Source: Chthonomonas calidirosea
GTDB lineage: Bacteria > Armatimonadota > Fimbriimonadia > Fimbriimonadales > Fimbriimonadaceae
Assembly (NCBI GenBank): GCA_945859975.1
Contig: CAMAPH010000008.1
Location: 16,121 to 80,120 of the forward strand
Direction of reading: 5' to 3'
DNA: 64,000 nucleotides
Shown: in pieces, positions 1-10,363 of the stretch
Layout: each line of letters starts with the position of its first letter
Numbering within the stretch: position 1 is the first letter of the stretch
Notes under the pieces: generated by a model
What the model saw: the letters and a program-made list of their open reading frames with translations, nothing else
The model's database searches: none
What the model was told of the DNA's origin: nothing
Program-made: the position numbers and the translations under genes

Positions 1-510
1 CTCGGATCGCTGGCCCAAATGAACCCACCCATCCGAAGTGAAGAAGACCGCGCCGGGCTGTGGCGCGCGCTGGACGAAGGTCTCTTCGATGTGTTCGGTA
101 GCGATCATGCACCGCACACCCTCGAAGAAAAGTCCAAGCCCTACCCTGCCTCGCCGAGCGGAATGCCCGGAGTCCAAACGCTTCTGCCGGTGCTTCTGAC
201 TTTTGTAGCCCAAGGTCGGCTTGCGCTTGAAAAGCTAGTGCGGATGTCTTCAAAGCGCCCTGCGGAGCTCTACAGCATCCAGGGCAAGGGATCGATTGCA
301 GTTGGCATGGACGCGGATCTGACCATCGTGGACCTCAACCGAAAGTGGACTTTTGAACGATCCTACGTTGAAAGCAAATGCGGATGGTCGCCTTACGAAG
401 GGGAAACCTTCACCGGCGCGGTTGAGCACGTCATCCTAGACGGCTCCGTGGCCGTCCGTTCTAGCGAGCGCATCGCGAAACCGACCGGCCAAATGCTCGA
501 ATTTCGGTGA
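1..510 (+). CDS. pyrC: Dihydroorotase / amidohydrolase, C-terminal part (5' truncated by window)
   Basis: NPPIR, GSDHAPH, GMPGVQT, KG.IAVG.DADL and SKCGWSPYEG motifs of type I dihydroorotases. Confidence 0.85.
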   Translation, partial: LGSLAQMNPPIRSEEDRAGLWRALDEGLFDVFGSDHAPHTLEEKSKPYPASPSGMPGVQTLLPVLLTFVAQGRLALEKLVRMSSKRPAELYSIQGKGSIAVGMDADLTIVDLNRKWTFERSYVESKCGWSPYEGETFTGAVEHVILDGSVAVRSSERIAKPTGQMLEFR

Positions 511-1986
511 TTACTTGGCGTCCATCGCATTGACCCCGTCATACGTGTCGAACGGATCGCTCAGATCGATGTGCCGATCACGAGCGGTCTGAACCCCGTT
601 CCAGTCGAACACGTAATAGCGCGACTTCTTCTGCAGCACCTGCTCCACCAACCGCGCGCGGCCCTTGGCCCGCGTGTTCTGCGGCGGATCGGTCATCGCG
701 GTGACGATATCCAAGTCATCGACCATCCGCTTCGTCTTGCCCATCTCTTGATAGGCATGGAAGAGCGACGCCGCGGGATCGATGTTGTGATACTCAAGGT
801 CGACGGAATGCAGCGCGTCGTCCTGCCATTCTAGTCCCTCTTCCGTTCGGTACTGATCGACAATCTGCCGCTTCGCAACCCAGTCGATTCGATCTCCAAG
901 CTGCATCGGGTCCTTCTCCAATCCGTCCAAGATCGACGCCCAGTTGTCCAGCGTCCAGTTAATCTGCTCGCTCTCGTCCCGATACGCCTGCGCGAGTTCC
1001 AGATATTGGCGTTGGATGTCTATCGCGTTCGAAGTCGAGCCGTCCAGCATTTCGACCTTCCATTGGTAAGAAGGATCACGCGAAACCTGACGGAGCGCAA
1101 TTAGCGGCTGAGCGATGATCATCGACTCAGGAATGCGGCCTTCCTCGGCTAGTCGGAGCGCAATCAGCGTCGTACCGATCTTGAGCGCATACGCAAACTC
1201 GTTCTGGTTGCTCTCGCCGAAGAGCATGTGGAGCCGCGTGAACCCATTGTGCGAATAGAAGTGCTCCCACTTCGGATTGATCAGCGCGCGGTTGAACCGG
1301 ACGCGCGAGGCGAGCGTTTTGATAATGTGGTCGGCGCGCTGGCTAAGCTGAAAATCAACGCCGTCGTCTGGAATCACGCCATACACGTTCGAAACCCAAA
1401 TGTAATCGACCGGGTTGTTCGCCATCTCCTGATAGCTCGGTCGATATCCGCCGGCGGTCAAAACATGACCACCGACTCGTCCAACTCCAGCAAAAATTTG
1501 GCGGGTCACGAGGAACGGATACAGCAACACAACGCCGGACTCGAGGAGCGAGTCATCCGCCCGGACCATGTAGTTCTCGTGGCAGCCAAACGTGTGCCCT
1601 CCAAAGTGGTCAACGCTGTTGTTGTAAACGCTGACCACATCCTGAACGCCGAGATCATAAATTGCTCGAACAATCTGCCGTTGCCCTGCTCGGTCGTTCG
1701 CCACTAAGTCCGTCAACGAAAGACATTCCGCCGTTGCATATTCAAGGTGACTTCCGACCGCGTCGATGTACATTCGCGCGCCATTCATCAGGAATCCGCC
1801 GGATTGTGCCGGCTCAAAAACGTCGTCTCTCGAATGAAGGTCGATTGCGCCGAGCTTCATTTCATAGAACAGCGTGTCCTTGATGGCCTCAACCACGCCC
1901 TCCGGAGTTCCAAGGTTCTCGTCCGCGACGAGGCATCCAAACTCTGTTTCAACTCCGAAAATACGATCACCGGGGCGGCGGCTCAT
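511..1986 (-). CDS. pafA: Pup/UBact-protein ligase family (PafA-like)
   Basis: RIFGVETEFG, NGARMYIDAVGSHLEYATAEC, GCHENY, SQRADH, DLEYHNI, PPQNTRA, DPF; second ATG (1986) follows TAGACT by 6 nt. Confidence 0.85.
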   Translation of the reverse strand: MSRRPGDRIFGVETEFGCLVADENLGTPEGVVEAIKDTLFYEMKLGAIDLHSRDDVFEPAQSGGFLMNGARMYIDAVGSHLEYATAECLSLTDLVANDRAGQRQIVRAIYDLGVQDVVSVYNNSVDHFGGHTFGCHENYMVRADDSLLESGVVLLYPFLVTRQIFAGVGRVGGHVLTAGGYRPSYQEMANNPVDYIWVSNVYGVIPDDGVDFQLSQRADHIIKTLASRVRFNRALINPKWEHFYSHNGFTRLHMLFGESNQNEFAYALKIGTTLIALRLAEEGRIPESMIIAQPLIALRQVSRDPSYQWKVEMLDGSTSNAIDIQRQYLELAQAYRDESEQINWTLDNWASILDGLEKDPMQLGDRIDWVAKRQIVDQYRTEEGLEWQDDALHSVDLEYHNIDPAASLFHAYQEMGKTKRMVDDLDIVTAMTDPPQNTRAKGRARLVEQVLQKKSRYYVFDWNGVQTARDRHIDLSDPFDTYDGVNAMDAK

Positions 1987-2085
1987 GGTCATAGTCTACG
2001 TACGTGAAGGCCAGTTTGCCCACCAGCCTTTGTCAGCATAGGCAACTCGCCGTCGGAAGGACCCGGTCTGGTATCTTGGATAGCC

Positions 2086-2907
2086 TTGAGAAGTCCGGCT
2101 AGCGGTCCCGATGGAGCATTCCTTCAGTGTCAGAACTGCAAGAAAATTATCTTCTCCGTGGAGTTCGAACAGAATTTGCGGGTGTGTCCACACTGTCAAC
2201 ACCATCACCGGTTGACCGCGCAAATTCGCATCGACTGGACGTTTGACGAGGGCTCCTTCGTCGAGCACGACACCGGCCTAAGCTCGGTAGACCCACTTGG
2301 GTTCCCAGATTACGGCAAAAAGCTCGAACAACTGAACGCAAAGGGCGAGAATCACGACTCCGTTCTAAGCGGTACGGCGACGATTGAAGGCCTTAAGGTC
2401 AGCGCGGCCGTTTGCGATTTCGCCTTCATCGGCGGCTCGATGGGTAGCGTTGCCGGCGAAAAGATCACCCGCGCGCTTGAGCGAGGCATCGAACTCAAAT
2501 GTCCAGTAATCATCTTCTGCGCCTCGGGCGGCGCTCGCATGCAAGAGGGACTGCTGAGCCTGATGCAAATGGCAAAAACCACCGGCGCCGTCGAAAAGTG
2601 CCGGGCTAACGGCATCCCATACATCGCGGTGTTCACCGACCCAACGATGGCCGGCGTTCTCGCAAGCTATGCCAGCGTGGCGGACGTCATTATCGCGGAG
2701 CCGAAAGCGCTCGTGGGTTTTGCGGGTCTCCGCGTAAGCAAGCAGGCGGGCGTTGGTAAAGTGCCCGACGATTTCCAAACCGCCGAATTCGTTCTCAAAC
2801 ACGGCATGATCGATCGCATCGTCTCTCGAAAAGAACTCCGAGCAACCCTAGCAGGCCTCGTCCGAACCCTTGGCGGACACCTTCTTCATGCGGAGGCAGA
2901 AGCCTGA
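2086..2907 (+). CDS. accD: Acetyl-CoA carboxylase carboxyltransferase beta
   Basis: CxxC...CxxC zinc finger, GGSMGSVAGEKI, SGGARMQEG, LMQMAK. Confidence 0.97.
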   Translation: MRSPASGPDGAFLQCQNCKKIIFSVEFEQNLRVCPHCQHHHRLTAQIRIDWTFDEGSFVEHDTGLSSVDPLGFPDYGKKLEQLNAKGENHDSVLSGTATIEGLKVSAAVCDFAFIGGSMGSVAGEKITRALERGIELKCPVIIFCASGGARMQEGLLSLMQMAKTTGAVEKCRANGIPYIAVFTDPTMAGVLASYASVADVIIAEPKALVGFAGLRVSKQAGVGKVPDDFQTAEFVLKHGMIDRIVSRKELRATLAGLVRTLGGHLLHAEAEA

Positions 2908-3896
2908 TGGCAAAGGAAACCGCAAAAACGCACAAAGAGTGGGAAAAGCCACTGCTAGAGCTAGAGGACACGATTGCCAAGCTCCGAGAAGCAGCCAGAC
3001 GCGAGGCAGACCCGGTCAAACAAGCCAACTATATTGACAAGGCCGAGACCTACCAAGAGCAGTGCAATCGATACGTCAAGCTGATGTACTCCAACCTCGG
3101 AGACTGGGAGAAAGTCCTTGTCGCCCGGGCCGAAAAACGGCCATACACCTTGGACTACATCCAGAGCATCTTTAACGGCTTTATCGAACTCCAGGGAGAC
3201 CGAAACGGATTCAACGATAACGCGATCGTTGGCGGACCCGCCGAGTTCAATGGCCGTCCCGTCATCGTTCTGGGCCACCAGAAGGGCCGAAATATCCAAG
3301 ACCGCCAAATGCGAAACTTCGGAATGGCAAAGCCGGAAGGCTATCGAAAGGCGATCCGCCTCTTCGAAATGGCAGAACGTTTCCGAATGCCGGTGATCTC
3401 TTTCGTGGACACCCCAGCCGCCGATCCCGGCGTGGAAAGTGAATCCCGAGGGATCAGCGAAGCCATCGCCGCCGCGATGCTGAAGATGTTCCAACTCACG
3501 GTGCCTACCGTTTCCGTGATCATCGGCGAAGGCGGCAGCGGCGGTGCCATCGGTATTGCCGTCTCAAACCGCGTACTCATGCTCGAACACGCGGTCTACT
3601 CAGTGATTCCTCCGGAAGGTTGTGCGGCCATTCTCTGGCGAGCGCCTGAGCGTGCACCAGAAGCTGCCGAGGCTCTCCAAATCACTGCAAAGTCGGCGCT
3701 CTCGTTTGGCATCATCGATGAGATCGTTTCCGAACCCGAAGGGGCCGCCCACCGCGATCCGGCTGGCGCCTCGGACCTGATCAAAGAAGCTATCGTTCGG
3801 CACCTTGATGAACTGTTGCTGCTTTCACCGGCAGAACTTCACGCTGATCGCCACGCGAAGTTCCGCAAGCTCGGTAAGTTCGCAGAGACTCTTTAG
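2907..3896 (+). CDS. accA: Acetyl-CoA carboxylase carboxyltransferase alpha
   Basis: RPYTLDY, GHQKG, NFGMAKPEGYRKA, GEGGSGGA; overlaps accD stop. Confidence 0.97.
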   Translation: MAKETAKTHKEWEKPLLELEDTIAKLREAARREADPVKQANYIDKAETYQEQCNRYVKLMYSNLGDWEKVLVARAEKRPYTLDYIQSIFNGFIELQGDRNGFNDNAIVGGPAEFNGRPVIVLGHQKGRNIQDRQMRNFGMAKPEGYRKAIRLFEMAERFRMPVISFVDTPAADPGVESESRGISEAIAAAMLKMFQLTVPTVSVIIGEGGSGGAIGIAVSNRVLMLEHAVYSVIPPEGCAAILWRAPERAPEAAEALQITAKSALSFGIIDEIVSEPEGAAHRDPAGASDLIKEAIVRHLDELLLLSPAELHADRHAKFRKLGKFAETL

Positions 3897-6052
3897 CGTT
3901 CTTCCCAGTTCACTTGGAAGCTCGCCGCGTCTCCCGGAATAATGTCCCCGATGAACTCTCGAGTCACCTTGCCAAAGGTGACCTTGATTCGGTGCGTTCC
4001 GTAAAACGGTCGGAACTTCGCCATGCCGTTTGAATCCGTGGCGATCGTTTCGTTGGTCCACCATTTCTTAAAGACGAGGTCTCGGTACGCCTTGACCGTC
4101 GGGCGAGCGGTCCAATCTCGACGGAACATTGCCCCGCCCTCGTTCGCCCGCCAATGAGCGCCTTCCCAGAATCCCCACATGATGAACCCATCCATCTTCG
4201 GATGGCTAAAGCACGTCGTCAGGAAGTCAGTCAGGTGTTCGGCGTGAACTTTGTCGTCCTGCACGCCAAGGTCGTACTCCGTAATCTCGAGTCGAGGACC
4301 CAGAGCGGCCATCTCGTCAAGTGCCTTAAAGACGGTCGGCATCGGCGTCATCGGAGTTCCAACGTGCGCCTGAATGCCGATGATGTCCACCGGTGCACCT
4401 TGATTCAGCAGCTGCTGGACTCGCTCTTTGGCTTTCTGCTTGTGACCAGTGCCAGCCTGGGATTCTTCCGTGATGTTGAAATCGTTGTAGGCCGTAAGAG
4501 CCGTTGGATCGGTAACCTTCGCGATCCGGAAAACCTGACCGAACGATTCCCAGCCGATTCGATCCCACAGCGAAGACTCGGTGACCGCTTCGTTCACGAC
4601 ATCCCAGAGATAAAGCTGCCCCTTATAGCGCGTCACGACTTCCTCGACGCGGTCGGACACTCGTTCCTTTAGTACGTCGTCCTTCATTGCCCATGCACCC
4701 GCCGGGATGTTTCGCTCCGAACCCCAAACGCCGTTATGTCCGCGAATCTTGAAACGGTTCTGCTTGAGCCAAGCGATCGCCTTATCTGGGGCATCGTAGC
4801 CATCGGCATCCGTGTTGGGCCACTTCAAGTCGTTTTCGAGCGTTACGGTGTTAAACAGGCTCTTCAACTCGGCCCGGAACCGGGTGCTCGTAGCATCAGT
4901 TCCGTTGATCAGCGATGCCGGTGCCGCGGTTCCGAAGCGGAAAGCATGTTCCATCATCTCCACGTGAACTTTCGACCCAGCCAACGGCTTCCCATCCCGG
5001 ACCACATTCACCACCAACGGACCCCGTCGCTGCTTCTCAATCCGCGCCTCCGCTGCAGCTAGCCAGGAAAGATCACGCTTGCCAGATGTGTAGTATTGGA
5101 TCGTTTGCTTGACCGAACTGAGCGGCTTAAATCCGAGGTTCTCAACTACAACTTCTTTCAGTTCGACTTCTCCAGACTCATAGCCCAGGAAAATCGTAAG
5201 TTGCCCTTCTTTTGTCTCAAGGCTCCGTGGCACAATTCCCGCGAAGCGGAACGCCTGCCAGGTTGGCGTTAGCGCAACTGGACCGTTGACGTACTTCGCG
5301 TTCGGCGGATTGCTCTCTTCGATGTGAACGGTCGCGCGAGATTTTGTCTTGCTTCGCATCTGAAGTGAAACAAGAACGGTTTGCCCGGCGACGATCGGTT
5401 TATCCAAGGGAACCCCGATGAGGTTGTCCCATGGAGACGCTCCCGGCTTAACCGCAAACTTAGCGAACAGATTTCCGGCTGAGTTTGTGAGTGTCGATCC
5501 ATTCGTTCGCCAGTCTGAAAGTTTTGGCGCGGTGAGCAAGCTCTGCGGTTTCGCCAGGGGTGCCGGATCGATTGCTTCCAAGCTCACCGAGGACAGTTCT
5601 ACGGTGCCGCTTCCGAAGTTTAAGTGAAACCCAGCTTGCGCCTGTTTCGCGGCAAACGAGGCATTCGCCAGTCCAGAAATCTTGTACGACTTCCACTCGG
5701 GAGTCAAAGTAAATTCTCGGCTGATCACATCGGTGTAGGGTGCGGTCGCACCTTGCACAAATGCGTTGATTCGATTTTGGGTGATGCTGCGCGCCCAAAA
5801 ACTTAGCTCAAGAACCTGACCTTGCTTTAGCGGGCTGTTAATCGGCTGCTGGCATTGCACTTCCCAGCCCGGTGCTCCAGGAATTTGCTTAAGGTCCAGC
5901 TTGACCGCTTTGCCGCCTCGGTCCGAGTTCACAATCTCGCGCTGACAAAACTCGGAAGCGGTGATTTGCCACCCCTCCGTCCCAGCACTAAAGTCAGGAT
6001 TCGAGATGAGATTTCCCGCGAGGGCGACCGATGCAAGCAGCACGGACAACAT
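3893..6052 (-). CDS. Secreted GH10 endo-beta-1,4-xylanase family enzyme with two N-terminal carbohydrate-binding-like domains
   Basis: Signal peptide; NLISNPDF CBM-like start; ENDLKW, RGH, WDVVNE (acid/base), ITEYD (nucleophile), WGFW. Confidence 0.88.
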   Translation of the reverse strand: MLSVLLASVALAGNLISNPDFSAGTEGWQITASEFCQREIVNSDRGGKAVKLDLKQIPGAPGWEVQCQQPINSPLKQGQVLELSFWARSITQNRINAFVQGATAPYTDVISREFTLTPEWKSYKISGLANASFAAKQAQAGFHLNFGSGTVELSSVSLEAIDPAPLAKPQSLLTAPKLSDWRTNGSTLTNSAGNLFAKFAVKPGASPWDNLIGVPLDKPIVAGQTVLVSLQMRSKTKSRATVHIEESNPPNAKYVNGPVALTPTWQAFRFAGIVPRSLETKEGQLTIFLGYESGEVELKEVVVENLGFKPLSSVKQTIQYYTSGKRDLSWLAAAEARIEKQRRGPLVVNVVRDGKPLAGSKVHVEMMEHAFRFGTAAPASLINGTDATSTRFRAELKSLFNTVTLENDLKWPNTDADGYDAPDKAIAWLKQNRFKIRGHNGVWGSERNIPAGAWAMKDDVLKERVSDRVEEVVTRYKGQLYLWDVVNEAVTESSLWDRIGWESFGQVFRIAKVTDPTALTAYNDFNITEESQAGTGHKQKAKERVQQLLNQGAPVDIIGIQAHVGTPMTPMPTVFKALDEMAALGPRLEITEYDLGVQDDKVHAEHLTDFLTTCFSHPKMDGFIMWGFWEGAHWRANEGGAMFRRDWTARPTVKAYRDLVFKKWWTNETIATDSNGMAKFRPFYGTHRIKVTFGKVTREFIGDIIPGDAASFQVNWEER

Positions 6053-6135
6053 AGCTTCACTTTACTGCGAACTGCCCAAAACCGAACAGCTGTCACGAAC
6101 AGACAATCAGACCGAACCGGTATCCTTCCGGTCCC

Positions 6136-7953
6136 ATGGGGTTTGTAAAACGCACGCATACATGCGGCGAAATTCGCGCCGAGCACGTCGGAGAAACGGT
6201 GTCACTGAACGGCTGGATCCACCGCGTTCGAGATCTTGGCGGAGTAAAGTTCGTGGATCTTCGGGATCGCACCGGACTTGTTCAGCTCGTTCTCGCGCCT
6301 GAAACCTTCCCCGATTCCTCGAACCTCCGGGCCGAGGCTTGCGTTAGCTTTACGGGCAAAGTACTAGAACGATCGGACGAGGCAAAGAACCCCAAAATGC
6401 CGACCGGCGATATCGAAATCGAAGTTCAAAGTTTCGAGCTACTTGGCCCAACTAAACCACTCCCATTCCAACTGAGCGATGAGGAACAGATGCAGTCGGT
6501 CAACGAGGAGCTTCGCGTTAAGCACCGGTACCTCGACCTTCGACGCCCATCGATGCATCGCCGCTTTGCCGTCCGCAGTTCGGTCATTCGTCGGTATCGA
6601 AGTTATCTCGACGCTCGTGGCTTCCTCGAAATCGAAACTCCGATCATCACGAAGTCCACCCCGGAAGGTGCGCGCGATTACCTAGTTCCGTATCGAAACG
6701 AATCTGGTCTTTGGTATGCCTTGCCGCAGAGTCCGCAGCAATACAAGCAGCTCCTTATGGTCGCCGGCATGGAGCGGTACTACCAGGTTGCGAAGTGCTT
6801 CCGCGATGAAAGCAGCCGCGCCGACCGCCAACCCGAATTCACCCAGCTCGATATTGAAATGTCGTTCATCGATCAGGAAGACATCCTGACGTTGATCGAA
6901 GCCATGACTCAAGATGTCGTGAACGGCACGATAGAGGAGTTTGGACTCGATAAAGAGCCCGTTGGACCAATGGAACGCATCACTTACGATGAAGCGATGC
7001 GGGACTATGGCTGCGACAAGCCCGACACGCGATTTGGCCTTCAGCTGATCGATCTCACCGGCTGCTTCCCAGATACGCAATTCGCGGTTTTCAAGAACAC
7101 CATCGAGACCGGCGGCGTTCTGCGTGCGGTTCGCTTCCCAGGTGCCGCGAGCTACTCGCGAAAGGAAGTCAGTGGCCTTGAGGAGTTCTGTAAAGAGCTC
7201 GGCGCTAAGGGAATGGCTCATCTTGCCGTCCTGCCTGCAGCCGAGGCTGGCGAAGGCGCGTACATCAGCCCGAACGGTCTTGCGATCAAGAGTTCGATCG
7301 TCAAGTTCCTCGCCGAAGCAGAACTGGAAGCCGTCCTCGAAACCTCAAAGGCCGAGGCGGGAGACTTGATCTGCATTGTCGCCGACGCTTGGCAGACGAC
7401 GAACGACGTTCTCTATCGCCTCAGGTTAGAGATCGGCGATCGCCTTAAGCTGCGCGATCCACGAATTCTGAAGTATCTGTGGGTCGTTGACTTCCCGCTC
7501 GTCGAGTGGAGTGACACCGACGGACGATGGAGCTCGATGCACCACCCGTTCACGATGCCAAAGTGGGAGGACCTGCCAAAGATCGAAACGGATCCAGGCA
7601 GCATCCGCGCGCAGGCATATGACTTGGTCTGCAACGGAATGGAAGTCGCCGGCGGTTCGATCCGAATCAACCGACCCGATATCCAAGCCCAGATCTTTGG
7701 CCTTCTCGGCATCGATGAGGCAACTCAGCAAGATCGATTTGGCCACTTGCTCGAAGCGTTCAGCTACGGAGCGCCGCCTCACGGTGGCATCGCACCGGGA
7801 ATCGACCGGCTCATCATGCTGCTAACGGACACCGAAAACATTCGAGAAGTCATAGCCTTCCCGAAGGTTGCTGGGGGCCAAGACCCAATGATGGGGGCCC
7901 CCAGCACAATCGACTCTCAGCAGTGGGCCGAACTCGGCCTACGGCGTTCCTGA
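6136..7953 (+). CDS. aspS: Aspartate--tRNA ligase
   Basis: RTHTCG, RYLDLRR, TPEGARDY, LPQSPQ, CFRDE..RADRQPEFTQ, PPHGGIA.GIDR. Confidence 0.98.
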   Translation: MGFVKRTHTCGEIRAEHVGETVSLNGWIHRVRDLGGVKFVDLRDRTGLVQLVLAPETFPDSSNLRAEACVSFTGKVLERSDEAKNPKMPTGDIEIEVQSFELLGPTKPLPFQLSDEEQMQSVNEELRVKHRYLDLRRPSMHRRFAVRSSVIRRYRSYLDARGFLEIETPIITKSTPEGARDYLVPYRNESGLWYALPQSPQQYKQLLMVAGMERYYQVAKCFRDESSRADRQPEFTQLDIEMSFIDQEDILTLIEAMTQDVVNGTIEEFGLDKEPVGPMERITYDEAMRDYGCDKPDTRFGLQLIDLTGCFPDTQFAVFKNTIETGGVLRAVRFPGAASYSRKEVSGLEEFCKELGAKGMAHLAVLPAAEAGEGAYISPNGLAIKSSIVKFLAEAELEAVLETSKAEAGDLICIVADAWQTTNDVLYRLRLEIGDRLKLRDPRILKYLWVVDFPLVEWSDTDGRWSSMHHPFTMPKWEDLPKIETDPGSIRAQAYDLVCNGMEVAGGSIRINRPDIQAQIFGLLGIDEATQQDRFGHLLEAFSYGAPPHGGIAPGIDRLIMLLTDTENIREVIAFPKVAGGQDPMMGAPSTIDSQQWAELGLRRS

Positions 7954-7957
7954 TGTC

Positions 7958-8920
7958 TTACCAAGCGTAATCTTCTGGGCTGGTCTTCCGGCCCGGGAAG
8001 ATTGCGTCGATCTTCTTCAGAACTTCCGCGTCAAGAACGATATCAACTGCCTTGGCGTTGCCGTGAAGCTGCGCCATCGTTCGTGGTCCAATGATTGGTC
8101 CGGTAACGCCTGGCTGGTGCAAGGTCCAAGCAAGCGCGACGTCGGCTGGGTTTTCTCCCAACTCAGCGCAAAGCGCTTCCCACTTTTCGAGCTGATCCGC
8201 GTGCTTGACTCGTGCTTCGGCCGTTCCGCCTTCGTTTCGGCGGGCACCCTGATCTTCCGTCTTTCCGCCGAGCAAGCCGCTCGCGAGTGGGCTCCAAGGA
8301 ATCACTCCAAGGCCGTATTCGCGGCAGGCTGGAAGTACTTCAAGCTCAATGTTTCGGTTGAGTAGGTGGTAGATCGACTGCTCACTCACCAAGCCAAGCA
8401 TGTTCTGGGCCGATGCGCGCTCGTTGAACCGTGCGATGTGCCAAGCACCAAAGTTCGATGAGCCGAAGTAAAGCACCTTGCCCTGCTGGCGCAACACCGA
8501 GAAGGCTTCCAGAATCTCTTCCGTCGGCGTCAGACGATCAATGTGGTGCATTTGGTAAAGATCGATAAAGTCCGTCTGCAAGCGAGAGAGAGACGCATCG
8601 CAGGCCTTTCGAATATGTAGTGCGCTGCATCGGCCAGAGTTTGGCCACTCGCCCATGTCGCCATAAGCTTTGGTTGCGATGACCGTTTTGTCGCGTCGAC
8701 CGCCGCCTTGAGCAAACCATCGGCCGATGATGCTCTCCGTCCAGCCATCTTTCTTCCAGCCGTAAACGTCCGCCGTATCAAAGAAGTTGATCCCAAGGTC
8801 GTGCGCCTGGTCCATGATCTCAAAGCTGTCAGCTTCCGTTGTCTTCGGTCCAAAGTTCATGGTGCCAAGACAAAGTCGGCTGACCTTTAAGCCACTGCGT
8901 CCAAGTTGCGTGAATTGCAT
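7958..8920 (-). CDS. Aldo/keto reductase
   Basis: LGRSGLKVSRLCLGTMNFG, DTADVYG, SL.RLQTD.IDLYQMH, PWSPLA.G. Confidence 0.95.
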   Translation of the reverse strand: MQFTQLGRSGLKVSRLCLGTMNFGPKTTEADSFEIMDQAHDLGINFFDTADVYGWKKDGWTESIIGRWFAQGGGRRDKTVIATKAYGDMGEWPNSGRCSALHIRKACDASLSRLQTDFIDLYQMHHIDRLTPTEEILEAFSVLRQQGKVLYFGSSNFGAWHIARFNERASAQNMLGLVSEQSIYHLLNRNIELEVLPACREYGLGVIPWSPLASGLLGGKTEDQGARRNEGGTAEARVKHADQLEKWEALCAELGENPADVALAWTLHQPGVTGPIIGPRTMAQLHGNAKAVDIVLDAEVLKKIDAIFPGRKTSPEDYAW

Positions 8921-8992
8921 ATCAAGCTCGTTCTACCGTGCAAAGGTCCCGAACGCATTGCAGACGGGACATTTTCACGCACAATTGGCTGA

Positions 8993-9478
8993 ATGGAACT
9001 CGTGCGCTATCGACCTGACCAAGCCATCCGCTGGCTACGCATGGGAGCCGAGACCCAAAAGCAAACCGCGAAAGAGAAAACGAAAAAGGTCTCTGATCCG
9101 AAGCAACGGTTTGCGGATCATCTCAAAAACGCCGCGAGCGCAATCATGGACTACGGCAAAGGTACTTACACCGAAGCTATGCACAGCGTCGCCGAGGCGA
9201 ACGAGTTCGTGATCCAAGAAACGCAACTTGATATCGTTCGTAACGGCACGATCAAAACCGTGCCGTATGATCGCATCAAGGCAATCCAACTTCGCACCGA
9301 TCGCGCGACGCTAGTCCTGGATAAAGGCACCGTCGTCATAAAACCGTTCGCCTACTTGAGCGCCGGCCGAGCAAAAGTTCCGGTCGGTTGGCAACGCAAT
9401 GGACTCGACGTTCCGTTTGAACTCCTCTTCGAAGAAATAAGTGCGCGAAGTGGCATTCCCCTAACTGAAACAGAATAA
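8993..9478 (+). CDS. Hypothetical protein
   Basis: 161-aa ORF filling the intergenic space, protein-like composition. Confidence 0.7.
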   Translation: MELVRYRPDQAIRWLRMGAETQKQTAKEKTKKVSDPKQRFADHLKNAASAIMDYGKGTYTEAMHSVAEANEFVIQETQLDIVRNGTIKTVPYDRIKAIQLRTDRATLVLDKGTVVIKPFAYLSAGRAKVPVGWQRNGLDVPFELLFEEISARSGIPLTETE

Positions 9479-9508
9479 CCGTGTCCTGAGAAAAGGTACA
9501 CAGGACGG

Positions 9509-10363
9509 GTGAGCGCATGGCATCAGCCAGAACCACAGCAGTGGTGGCACATCGTAGAAGACGCCCTCAGCGAAGACGTGGGTAGCGGCGACATTACCGG
9601 CGCGGCCCTTTCTGCGACCGACATGGTTCGCTGGCACATTGAGGCTCAAGCCGACGGCATTATTTGCGGTCTCGGAATTGCGGAGTTTCTTCTTGCGCCC
9701 TCCCCAGCCGACTCGGGGCGCGCGAATATCGAAGTCCTGAAGAACGATGGGGATGCAGTTTCGCGCGGCACCATCCTCATCCGCGGCTACCTCAGCGCTC
9801 GCCAAGTCATGATGGCGGAACGAACCGCCCTGAACTTCCTGATGCACCTGAGTGGAGTCGCAACCTTAACGCATGAATTCGTGGAGCGAGTCAAAGACAC
9901 GGATGCCCGCATCGTGGACACCCGAAAAACGATCCCGATGCTCAGGTCTTTACAAAAGTACGCCGTCCGGTGCGGTGGCGGACATAACCATCGGATGGGT
10001 TTGTATGACGGCGTCATGCTGAAAGACAATCACATCGCCGCTCTGGGCGGAATCAAACCGGCGGTAAAAGCCGTTCGGGGTTACGCATCCCACATGCTCA
10101 AGATCGAAGTTGAGTGCGAAACCCTGGAGCAGGTGGCAGAAGCAGTTGAAGCCGGTGCAGACATCGTGATGCTCGACAACATGGATCCGTTCATGATGCG
10201 AGAAGCCGTAAAGGCGTACAAGCATCAAGTACTACTTGAAGCAAGTGGCGGTGTTTCTCTCGAAACCGTTCGCGGAGTTGCCCTCACCGGGGTTCATCTC
10301 ATCTCTGTCGGGGCTCTGACCCACTCTGCCGTTTCGCTGCCCATGCATTTGGAATTGCTGTGA
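9509..10363 (+). CDS. nadC: Nicotinate-nucleotide pyrophosphorylase (carboxylating)
   Basis: EDVGSGDIT, ERTALN, DTRKT, HRMGLYD, KDNH, EVECE, MLDN, EASGG. Confidence 0.97.
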   Translation: MSAWHQPEPQQWWHIVEDALSEDVGSGDITGAALSATDMVRWHIEAQADGIICGLGIAEFLLAPSPADSGRANIEVLKNDGDAVSRGTILIRGYLSARQVMMAERTALNFLMHLSGVATLTHEFVERVKDTDARIVDTRKTIPMLRSLQKYAVRCGGGHNHRMGLYDGVMLKDNHIAALGGIKPAVKAVRGYASHMLKIEVECETLEQVAEAVEAGADIVMLDNMDPFMMREAVKAYKHQVLLEASGGVSLETVRGVALTGVHLISVGALTHSAVSLPMHLELL

